A stretch of 46,468 nt of DNA from Cetorhinus maximus (lineage: Eukaryota): positions 10,912,001-10,958,468 of the forward strand of contig NC_135910.1 in the NCBI RefSeq assembly GCF_964194155.1, written 5' to 3'. Each line of letters begins with the position of its first letter. Positions within the stretch are counted from its first letter, which is position 1. A program made the translations under genes and the position numbers. Under the pieces are notes generated by a model that saw only the letters and a program-made list of their open reading frames with translations, searched no databases and was not told the origin of the DNA. This document shows positions 10,301-26,000 of the stretch, piece by piece.

Positions 10301-12341
10301 AAACACCCCAGTGTTTCTGCTGATACTGAAGTAAACAATCAGCAACTCAATGCAGTGAAGCTGCTGCTCTGGGGCATCCTGCACTGCCTGGTGTATTCAG
10401 CAAACAAGATCTCACCTTGCACACACCCTCGGAGGCTCAGGATTTATTAAAACGGCATTGGGAAAAGTAGCAAGACTACATTTGATGCACATCTTGCAGA
10501 TTTAGAGCTACAGACACATGTTTCTTGGTGCCTTTTCCTAACTTGATCCCACAATCTTGAAGCTTACTGCCTGTTATGCTAAGCGCTCTGTTCAAAGTAC
10601 CATTTGAACGGAGGCTGCAACAGCAAACATCTTACACCAAAAGAAAAGTGAAACTGCAGACTATGCTGGAAAGAATCGGGGGATGGTGGTGAACGGTTGG
10701 TGCTGCACTCAAACCCCAGCAGCTTTCACAGGCTGTACACCCACCCACTCACTCTTTCCTCCCCTTACTTATGGTGCATCGTTCCAGTTCCCCCTCAGGC
10801 CCAACCCAAGGCCCCACTGTTGCTATGGCACAACGAATAGTAAATGCTGAACTGCTCAAATCCCAGAGGAAACTTTAAAACAGTTGCCACAACTGTTTTG
10901 CAATTTGTATTTTATTTCGAGATGTGTGCCTTGAATTCGGTAGCAACTCCACTCAGACTTAGATTTTTTTTAAAAAACAAAATAAACTCAACATTCAATT
11001 CATGAAAGAGATTTTAAGCACATACATAGGTCTACGAATTACTACCATAATTCCTAAAACCCCTAATTAATCTGGCTCCCAGTTACACCTCCATTAAGGG
11101 GACAGTAAAACAAAATGGATTTAAACAGACCCAGGCAAAGCACACAGTACCCTGGACAGTGATATTCAAAGTGAGTCTTCTTAGCTTCGGTTCCTGTAGA
11201 CAGCAACTTAAGACAGAGCCTGGAAGCTTTCCACATGTTAGACCTTAGAATGCCTTCTCCCTTACACATAACCTCATCTCCTTTATCGGTTTCTCCTTTA
11301 ATGCAGACTCCATTGCTCCCATATGCTTTTGTGACTTTACTTTTCTCATGATGAGTACCATGAAAGACCCAACCTTTGGGAAAAATAAACACTTCTTTGG
11401 CTTAGCTTCTCTTAGCTAGGTGTAACATCTTACCATCTCTGAAATTCAAACTACTGAATCTAAAAATGCATATTTTCACCACCTCATTTTAAAACTTCAG
11501 CCATGTTTATGTATTTAACATTTCAAACCTAGCTCCCCTTTTGATATCTCAAAAGCTCCAGACCAGCTGTCTCCAATCAAATTAAATCCCCCCCCCACCA
11601 CACACACACACATCTACACAGAGCAACTAATCCAAACCCCACTATTAACCTACCTTTACAACAATATTATGAAAATTATATATTTTCATGACAACTGTTC
11701 AAGAGCCCAGCAGACCAATGTGAATTTCTGGTAGTTTCCCTCAGTCCCAATATTCTGCCAAAGCAGTATGAATCTCCGCTCTGTCACCTCCTGTATCTGT
11801 ACAGTACACAGCAAGTAAAAGCACTCCCACCGGAGACCCATGGGTTGGATTGTGTCAGCTACTGGGAGCTTTTTTCCCTCTCTAGGGAAAAAAAAACTGG
11901 GAAGGTGACCCAATAAATGTTTCATTATAAAAGGGTAGATAGGAAACGTTTCCACTTGTAAGGGGGGGGGGGGGGGGTGGAGAACAATCAAATCAGTCAC
12001 CAATAAATCCAATAGGGAATCAGGAGAACCTTCAGCTAGGAGAGCAGTTAGAATGCAGAATTCCACAGAGGAGTGCGGCAAAGAACAGGTGTCTTTATAA
12101 GGGGAAGTTAAGTAAAAAAAAAGTGAGAAAGGAGGTTATGTTGAAGAGGGCTGGAAGCAGCTTGTGTGGAGAATAAACACCAGCATGGACCAATTAGGCT
12201 GAACAGCTTGTTCTGTGTATCGCACTCGCATATCCTGTGTTGTGAAGGCCAAGCAGCCAAGCTCTATTCGCCTGCAAGTTAAGAGAGCTCAGTGATAAAT
12301 AAACACGTTCAACAGGGTGGTTATTTAAAAAAAAAAATCTT

Positions 12342-12347
12342 TTTATT
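12342..12347 (-). promoter_or_regulatory. SNRPA polyadenylation signal AATAAA
   Basis: About 22 nt downstream of the PIE hairpin and followed by a U-rich tract on minus. Confidence 0.75.
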
Positions 12348-12369
12348 CATCGGTTCATTCAGTAAGTTT

Positions 12370-12416
12370 GAAAGCTCCAGGTGCAATGTCACTGAGACTC
12401 TGGGTGAACAGCTTTC
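12370..12416 (-). promoter_or_regulatory. U1A polyadenylation inhibition element (PIE) in the SNRPA 3' UTR
   Basis: Minus-strand RNA GAAAGC UGUUCAC CCAG A GUC UCAGU GAC AUUGCAC CUGG A GCUUUC: three stems and two 7+1 internal loops, one with the perfect U1A box AUUGCAC. Same layout as the human PIE. Confidence 0.88.
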
Positions 12417-12908
12417 TTATGGTGTGATTAAGCCAAACTGTTGCTTGCCTCAGCCAGTCAGACACATTCATTCAAAAATATGGCCAAACGGGGGCAACCA
12501 AATCTAAAATAATGCCATGAGTGCAGATTTAAAGTCCATCCAATTTCTTCAGTCAGGATATGGCTGCTCCTGGATTATCATTCAAAAAAAAAAAGGGAGG
12601 GGGAATTATTTAATTTGATGGACCCAGGGTGGAGTAGAGCAAGGCGACGGTGAAACACCCACACCGCAATCCGAACAGCCTTCAGACCACAGGAAGCTCG
12701 CCTTAGCAGCATCTCTCAGAGACTCACCCGGGTCTGAACAATCATCCGATGGGCAGGGCAAAGCTGAGGAGCCTCCTCGTTCAACACTTACCTGAAGCAT
12801 CAGAACTTTTAAATCTAATACAGACCAGTTACTGCACAATTTAAAAAAATGAAAACAACAGCTTTGGAAAACAAAGCCGGAATTAACCAGTTTGATCCTC
12901 CCGACCCC

Positions 12909-17866
<4,958 letters not shown>

Positions 17867-18021
17867 TCAACTTCAAAGTCGTGAGTTCATACCCAACCAC
17901 GGCAAGTTCTGAAATTCAATAAATCTGAAAAGGTTTTTGGTTGAGACCAAGGGAAGAAGTGACCAGAAGTTCATCAGCAAAATTCAACTAGTTCACCATG
18001 TTCTTCAGGAAAGGAGCCCCT

Positions 18022-18665
18022 GAACCACACTGGGCTCAAATACCCAGATACCCCCCCCTCCGAACCACACTGGGCTCAAATACCCAGATACCCAACCCCC
18101 GAACCACACTGGGCTCAAATACCCAGATACCCTCCCTCCGAACCACACTGGGCTCAAATACCCAGATACCCTCCCTCCGAACCACACTGGGCTCAAATAC
18201 CCAGATACCCTCCCTCCGAACCACACTGGGCTCAAATACCCAGATACCCTCCCTCCGAACCACACTGGGCTCAAATACCCGGATACCCCCCCCTCCGAAC
18301 CACACTGGGCTCAAATACCCGGATACCCACCCCCCGAACCACACTGGGCTCAAATACCCACCCCCCGAACCACACTGGACTCAAATAACCAGATACCCAC
18401 CCCCCGAACCACACTGGACTCAAATAACCAGATACCCACCCCCCGAACCACACTGGGCCCAAATACCCACTCCCCCCGAACCACACTGGGCTCAAATACC
18501 CAGATACCCACCCCCCGAACCACACTGGGCTCAAATAACCAGATACCCACCCCCCGAACCACACTGGGCTCAAATACCCAGATACCCCCCCCGCCGAACC
18601 ACACCGGGCTCAAATAACCAGATACCCACCCCCCGAACCACACTGGGCTCAAATACCCAGATACC
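18022..18665. repeat. About 39-bp minisatellite (CGAACCACACTGGGCTCAAATACCCAGATACCCWCCCYC), about 17 copies
   Basis: Period of 39 (18101 to 18140) with some shortened units. Confidence 0.93.
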
Positions 18666-18809
18666 ACCGCCCCCCCCCCCCCCCAATAGACAGGTCAGTC
18701 CCCAAACTTCCCCCACAGTCGGGTCAATCCCCAATTATCCCCCCCCAAACAGGTCAGACCCCAATCCCCCCCCCAAAAAACAGGTCAGACAATCCCCAAT
18801 TCTCCCCCC

Positions 18810-19610
18810 CAAACCCCCGGACGTGAACCGGAAGCTGCCGCCCGGCGGCGGGACCTTTAACCCCTGCCCCCCCATCCCACCCCACCCCCTACCAGCCGCC
18901 AGAAGCCTGCTCCGTGTAAAATCGGTAAGCTCGGTCGGCGCTTTCCGGGAAGGGACGGGGGGGGGGCGCGGTACCAGCCGCCACACACGGGGCGGGTCGG
19001 ATTAAGGCGGCCCCGCGGGGTCTCGGCCGCCGATGGCGCCGGGAGACTGACCGATGGACGCGGATTGTGTCCCGGATTCCAACCGCCAAAAGCCGTCCGC
19101 TCGGCTCGAAGCCTGACCGGAAATCCCGCCCCCTCCTCGTTGATTGGTCAGCTCTGCCTACAGCCCGCTTTCTGATTGGCTAGGGAGTCCTGTCAATCAG
19201 TGAGGCGGGCTCAAAGCCGCCGGTTGACGGAGAAGGAAGGACGGGACGAGACGAGACCGGCCGACCGACCGACCGACCGACCGACCGACCCCGCCCCTCA
19301 CCCACCGGCTGAATCCCTCCCGAATCCCCGCCCGTCTCCCTCCGGCGGAAAAACGGCGGTCGCTCGCACGCTCCGGTTTTCAAATCGTCTCATTCCCGCC
19401 CCACCCCCTCTCCCTTTAAGGGGTCTGGGCTGATTGGATGAGGCGAACCGAAGGAGCCGAGCTGATTGGCGGGTTAGGACCCCCCCCCACCCCCCCACGT
19501 GGGGGCGCAGCCTCCGGGCCAATCACAGGAGGGCTCCGACCGCCTAATGTTCCAGCGCTGCCCGCCGGATTTTAACGGCCATTCAGCCCGTCGTGTCCGC
19601 ACCGGCTCTC
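18810..19610. promoter_or_regulatory. CpG island / shared promoter region of divergent SNRPA and ACTMAP
   Basis: Very CpG-dense. CCAAT boxes near 19143, 19175, 19433, 19465 and 19519; ETS CCGGAA near 18828 and 19117; GC boxes; YY1-like GATGGCG at 19032. Confidence 0.85.
19259..19290. repeat. (CCGA)n microsatellite, about 7-8 units
   Basis: Read directly. Confidence 0.9.
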
Positions 19611-19718
19611 TGAATGAGCATCATGACCTTAGTGCCATGGCCCTACCCTTTCCCCCTACCCCTTGCCCGTTGTTTCTATTCAAATAATCTCCCGATGCCC
19701 TCGCGACTGTCCAGGCAG

Positions 19719-20037
19719 CCCCCTCACCCAGTCAGGCCAGCACGGTAACAGGCCCTTCGGCCCATCACCCAGTCAGGCCAGCACGGTAACAGGCCCTTCG
19801 GCCCATCGCGGCCTCACCCCTCACCCAGTCAGGCCAGCACGGTAACAGGCCCTCTGGCCCATCGCGGCCTCGCCCCTCACCCAGTCAGGCCAGCACGGTA
19901 ACAGGCCCTTCGGCCCATCGCGGCCTCGCCCCTCACCCAGTCAGGCCAGCACGGTAACAGGCCCTTCGGCCCATCGCGGCCTCGCCCCTCACCCAGTCAG
20001 GACAGCACGGTAACAGGCCCTTCGGCCCATCGTGGCC
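19719..20037. repeat. 56-bp minisatellite, about 6 copies
   Basis: Unit CCCCTCACCCAGTCAGGCCAGCACGGTAACAGGCCCTTCGGCCCATCGCGGCCTCG (19871 to 19927). Confidence 0.92.
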
Positions 20038-20700
20038 TATCTATTCCAATCCCATTTTCCAGCGCTTGGCCCGTAGCCCCGCACGCTATGGCGCTTCAAG
20101 GGCTCATCTAAATGCTTCTTAAATGTTCACGTGTTGTGTGGGAAAAGCTTTTTCTCACGTCGCACTCGCTTCTCTTGCAAACCGCTTTAAATCTGTGCCC
20201 TCTCGTTCTTGGTCCTTTTTACAAGCGGGAACAGCTTCACTTTGTCTAGCCCCCTCATGATTTTGAGCATCTCTATCAAATCGCCTCTCAGCCTTCTTCT
20301 TTCCAAGGAGATCAGTCCCAGCCTCTCCAATCTATCCTCATAGCTGAAGTTTCTCATCCCTGGAACCATTCTTGTAAATCTGTTCTGCACTCTCTCCAAT
20401 GTGTTCACATCCTTCCTGTAATATGGTGCCTAGAACTGTACACAATATTCCAGCTGAGATCTAATGAGTGTCTTATATAAATTCAGCATAACCTCCATGC
20501 TCTTGTACTGTATGCCCCTATTAATAAAGCCCAGGATACAATATGCTTTATTAACTGCTCTCTCCACTTGTCCTGCCACCTTCAATGATCTACGCACATA
20601 TATACCCAAGTCTTTCTGCTCCTGTACCCCCTTCAAAATTTCACCACTTATTGTCTGCCCATGTTCTTCCTACCAAAATGCATCACCTCACACTCCTCTA
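20014..20700 (-). mobile_element. CR1-type LINE 3' fragment
   Basis: ORFs 20187-20408 (LERRRLRGDLIE) and 20430-20636 (LYKTLIRSQLEYCVQF). Confidence 0.9.
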
Positions 20701-21520
20701 CATTGGGAGCCCAAACGCAGACTGGGTGACCGCTGTGTGGAACACCTTCGGTCTGTCTGCAAGCAGACCTTCCTGTCGCTTGCCATTTCACAACATATCA
20801 ACCTGCTCTCATGCCCACATGTCCGTCCTTGGCCTGCTGCAATGTTTTAGTGAAGCCCAACGCAAACTGGAGGAACAGCACCTCATCTCCCGATTAGGCA
20901 CTTTACAGCCTTCCAGACTTAACATTGAGTTCAACAACTTCAGACCACGAACTCTCTCCTCTATTTTCACCCCTTTTTTAATCCCCTTTTTTCAAAATTC
21001 TTTTTTTAAATTTTTTATCCACTTATTTTTATTTATTTTTGTTTTTATTCATTATTTTATCAATTTTTATCCCCTTTTTTTTCATTTTCTACCCTTTTCC
21101 CCACCACCGCCCCCTCCCCCACACCCACAAGGGCCATCTGTCACTTTTTCTATGTTGTTCTTTCACAGAGCACTGACCCTTGTTCTGCTATTAACACATT
21201 CTGCTCTCTTACCTTTATGCCACTATCAGTACCTTCTTTATTCCTTACCACTTTGTCCTTTTGCCCATGACATCTTTGTCAATCTGTCCTTAGCCCCCAC
21301 CTATCGCTGACCTTCTATCCAGCTTCACCTGCACCACCCCCCCTTAAACAATATAAATTTTGTCACATTTCTACTTCTCTTTAGCTCTGAAGAAGGGTCA
21401 TATGGACTCGAAACATTATCTCTGTTTCTCTCTCCACAGATGCTGTCTGACCTGCTGGGTTTTTCCAGCATTTTCTGTTTTTGTTTCAGATTTCCAACAT
21501 CCGCAGTATTTTGCTTTTAT
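20700..21520 (+). mobile_element. 5'-truncated Penelope-like element (GIY-YIG C-terminus, 3' UTR, hammerhead-like motif near 21382-21422)
   Basis: EAQRKLEEQHLISRLGTLQPSRLNIEFNNFR, nearly the same as the ORF end at 34135. Confidence 0.88.
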
Positions 21521-21529
21521 CCAGTGACC

Positions 21530-22230
21530 CCATGACCTCAAGCCCAACCCTAAACCCCCTCCTTCATCCTCATCCCTCCCCCACTCCATTCCCCAACCCA
21601 AACCCTTCCCCAACCACCCCACCCCCTCCTTCATCCTCATCACCCTCCCCCACTTCCCAATCTAAACCCTCCCCTACTAAATTCCCCAACCTAAACCCTC
21701 CCCCAATCCACCCCTCAACTACTCCATCCCACACTCAACCTACCCCCACTCCATTCCCCTCCTCAACACCCAAACCCCTTTCTAGACCATCCCCCTCCCC
21801 CACTCCAACCCAACCCACACAATCTCCACCCCTTTCCCCATCTACCCCCAACCTACCCTATCCCTACCCCTCCCCTCCCACCTCTCCCCATCCACTCATA
21901 ACCACCTCATCACCCTCCCTTCCCACTTCGTGCAGTCCCACCCCATTTCCACCCCTCCCCCAACCCACTCCTTCCCTACCACTCCCCACCCCATCTACCC
22001 TCAAATCTATCCCTCCAACCCTCTCCACCTCCCCCCCATCAATCCATCTCCAGCTTACCCCATCCAGCCCCAATCTAGCCTTTTCCCCACCCCTATCCAG
22101 CTCACTCCTTTCCACACCCATCCCCTCCCTCCCCAACCAACCCTGTCCCCCAACCCTTCTCCAACCACACCCCCAACTACCCCTTTCTCCACCCCCCCTT
22201 CATCTCCACCCCTCACCCCAGCCTTCCCAT
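21530..22230. repeat. C-rich low-complexity tract, almost no G on plus
   Basis: Runs of CCC/CCCC separated by A/T; source of the Pro/Ser/Thr ORF 21481-22275. Confidence 0.85.
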
Positions 22231-22809
22231 CAACACAAAGGAATAGGAGGAGGCCATTCAGTCTCTCATGGCTGATTGGCGACCTATCTCAACATACCAA
22301 CCTTTGCCTCATATCCCTTCATACCTCTGGTTAACCAAAATCTATTAGTTCTGCTTTAAAATTAACAATTAATTTGACATCGGTTGCCGTTTGCAGGAGA
22401 GAGTTCCAAACTTCTACCACCCTTTACATGTACAAGTGTTTCAACTCTTCTCATATCTCGTCTAATCCTTATAGAACCATAGAAAAGTTACAGCGCGGAA
22501 AGAGGCCATTCAGCCCATCGTGTCTGTGCCAGCCAATAAGGAGAAAGAAGACACTAGCCTCCCACTCCACCTCCTCAATCTACCATAACTTCCTCGTAAA
22601 AGATGCAGGACAAGTTTTTGGAGTTATAAGCGAGACTGATTTACTCTTGTTTTTTTTTCCCGCCTGCAAGTGTCATAACTCAGTGTCTTTGATCTTCGAT
22701 CATTGAGGGAACTGACCAGCGAAAAGAGCTGCAATCGAGGGGTGGTCAAATTTATTAGACCGAGGCCCAAAGGTTTTGAATGGAGGATTGATGGAGGCCA
22801 GCTCCCGGC

Positions 22810-23051
22810 ATGAGCAACCTCCTACACATCGAAACGGCACAGGAGCTGGGGGGAAATCCCAGCCAGGACAAGTCTGACGGTTCAGAATGGGCGCGAATGC
22901 CTCCTCCTCCTCCGCCCCCACCTCCGCCGTTTCTGGCCCCTACTTCTGTACCATCGAAAAAGAAACTGTACCAGCTTCTTGCTGGTCAGCGGTTGCCAGT
23001 GATTGGAGACCGGGAGGAGGTGAAGATACTGCTCCAGAACAGGCCTGACAG
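22810..23051 (+). CDS. ACTMAP: ACTMAP coding exon 1
   Basis: First ATG after in-frame TGA at 22789; donor GACAG|gtatac; candidate acceptor at 22670. Confidence 0.8.
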
Positions 23052-26000
23052 GTATACGATCCGAGAGAGTGTGAGCCATGTTCATCACGGCTGCTGGTCC
23101 CTCACTGCTTCCCTCGGTCAGGTTCCCGGCGCAGAGCGATCGCAGGGTGAGACCCTGACACTGACCCACGTGTAACCCACGTTTCATTAACCCCAACATT
23201 CACGACTGATCCGAGACCCAACTCCATTTACTCCCCTTTGCCCCATATCCCAAAGGTATTGAGGGACATGGGGGGAAAGCAGGGTTTATGGAGTTAGGTT
23301 GCAGATCAGCCATGATCGCCTTGTGTGGTGGAACGTGCTAAATATCCACTCCTGTTCCTATTTTCCTCCCCGTGCATGCTGCTTTCAGCCTCCCCTCCTC
23401 CGCAGCTCAGTGACCCAGGTGTGTGTGTTATCAGAGACTCAAAGCTCTCCCCATGTGTGTTAGTACAGGTTTAAGGGTGTAGTGGTAAAGTCATTGGGCT
23501 AGTAATTCCAGAGACCCAGGCTAATGCCCCGGGGACATGGGTTCAAATCCCACCACAGCAGCTGGTGGAATTTAAATTCGGTCTCAGTAATGCCGACCGT
23601 GACAACCATCATTGGTTGTTGTAAAACACCCATCTGGTTGACTTATGGCCCTTTAGGGAAGGAAATATGCCATCCTTACCTGGACTCCAGACCCACAGCA
23701 ATATGGTCCACTCTTAACTGCCCTCTGAAATGGCCGAGCAAGCCACTCAGTTTGAGGGCAATTAGGGATGGGCAACAAGTGCTGGCCTTGCCAGCGATGC
23801 CCACATCTCATGAAAGAATTTTTAAAAATAACAGCACCGTGCCATGCGTTCTTAGGTTCACAGTGTATCCCTGTATGCTTTTACAGGTTAACAGCATATT
23901 CCCCTTTGTGATATGGGGAGGTTAACAGATTTGCCTGGTAACTGTGCTATTACAAGTAAAACCGTGCATCCCTGTGTGTGATTGCAGGGTTAGCAGTGTA
24001 CCCTGTGTGCTATTGTGGATTAACGTCAGAACCTAGCCTGCTATAAAGTGATCGTTTTTTTTCTCCAATGACTGAGATTTTTTTTTTGAATATCTTTTTT
24101 TTTTCAGTTTCAGTAAAGAACTGAATTGGCTCCTTATTAATAAATATGTCCCCTCGCTCATCCAGGATGGTCCACAGTGAGTATCCAATTCTGATTTTTC
24201 TACATCAGTGCATACTGTCAAAAAACAGAACACGCTGTAAATATGCAGCAGGTCTGGCAGCATCTGTGGTGAAACAGAGTTAACATTTCTGAACACGGGT
24301 CTCCGTCCTGGTAAAGTTAGCTCTTTTTCTCTCTCCGCAGATGCTGCCTGATCTGCCGAGCGAGGGCTCTTTCACCAGTGTTCTGGCAGCTATTCAGCCT
24401 TCAACCAATTCCCAAAGCAGACAGACTGCCCATTCACTCCATTTCTGTAGATGGGATTGCACTGTGCACAAAATTGTCATTGCCCTCACCGACTTAACAA
24501 TATTGGCTGCCTTCAGAATAATTCATTTCACACAGAGCGCTTTGAACTGCGACAAGGCTTTCCCTAAAGACAAACCTTTCTTTCTAAATGTAATCCAAAT
24601 GGACACGTTTCCCAGATTTCCCACTCACTCCTCTTGGTGAAATTTCAACACGCGGCGTCTCTCTGATGGAATAATGGCTCCATTTCCCACTTGGACTCCA
24701 GCCCGACTGTGGACCCCACTCCCGTCTGCACTAGGGCCCACTGCACCCTTCCTTCCGAGGGCACTTTCTGCTATTTGTTGTGTTTTCTTGTCCTTCAGGT
24801 GTGGCCTGGTTGCTCTGTGGATGGCTGGACATTTGCTGAAAACGTGTGAGGTGAGGGATCTGGAGGAGATTGTTGGATGTGCAAAGGCCAGAGGCTACAC
24901 TGTTCAAGGAGAGATGTTCTCAGGTATCTTCCAACACACAACTGCAGGATATCTCCTGACTCTGCAGCTCCTGTTGCTCCATGTTCTTTTCCCTATTGCT
25001 TGTTCCGATCTTACTTTCTGTGTCTGCTTGTGACTCAATGGGTAACACTTACACTTGAGTCAGAAGGTCGGGGGTTCAAGTCCTGCACCAGGGACTTGAG
25101 CGCAAAATCTAGGCTGACCTTTCAGTGCGGTACTGAGGGAGTGCCGCACTGTCTGAGGTAGTCTTTCCTTCGAGGCTTCAAGCCAATGACCTGACTGCTC
25201 TCTCAGGTGGACGTAAAAGATCCCATGGCATTACTCGATGAAGAGTCTGGGAGTTCTACCTAGCATCCTGGCCAGTGCTCACCTGTCAACCAATATCACA
25301 AAAACGGACGATCTGGGCGATATCATATTGCTGTTTGTGGGCCTTGCTGTGTTCAAATTGGTTGCTGCGTTTCCTACATTACAATAGTGACTACTTCAAG
25401 AATATTTAATTTGGGCTGTAAATCAGTTTGCAATGTTCCTGAGGTTGTGAAATAAATAAATACAAGTTCTTTTTTCTACTGATTCCAGGTGCGAATATGG
25501 TGAAACTGGCTGAGGAAGTTTTTCTATGTCACGGTGAACTCCTCAATGGAGGCTTAATGGGAAGGAACAAAGCCAGAATATTGCACCACCTCCTCGCTGG
25601 TTATCCTGTGTTAATACCGTATCCTTACAACAATTAGTCACGTTGACATTCAAGATAGCCACTTCCTATACAGCTCCAGGCTGTAGATCAGTGACTGATG
25701 CTGGATGCAAGCTCAGGTTTCCAGAATTGGCCTCCACTTCCAAGGAAGACGAGGGGCTGGGTACAGTTCCAGGGGCTGGCTGTCCTCCCATACCCCCGCA
25801 CAGTGGCCACTGTACATGTAGTCTCCTCTATTGCGAGTGAGTGTGATCCTGGCCTTACCCATTACCCATAGCCGCGCACTTTCTAACTTGGGCAGTGAAC
25901 AGGAACTGGAACCCTGGATGATTTGCCCTTTCTCTTACCCAGGGGTCACTGGGTAGTGATCAGGGGCCAGAACTCTGGCTGATATACCCTCTCTCATCCA

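Noticed and set aside
17998-19005. 335-aa Pro-rich ORF
   Set aside because: Translation of the 39-bp minisatellite and C-runs; antisense to an SNRPA intron.
21481-22275. Extensin/mucin-like Pro-Ser-Thr ORF
   Set aside because: A G-poor low-complexity tract rarely contains stop codons; no gene structure.
24924-24931. Second U12 intron in ACTMAP (donor GTATCTTC)
   Set aside because: Mismatch to GTATCCTT, and the acceptor at 25488 has a normal polypyrimidine tract with no CCTTAAC branch site.
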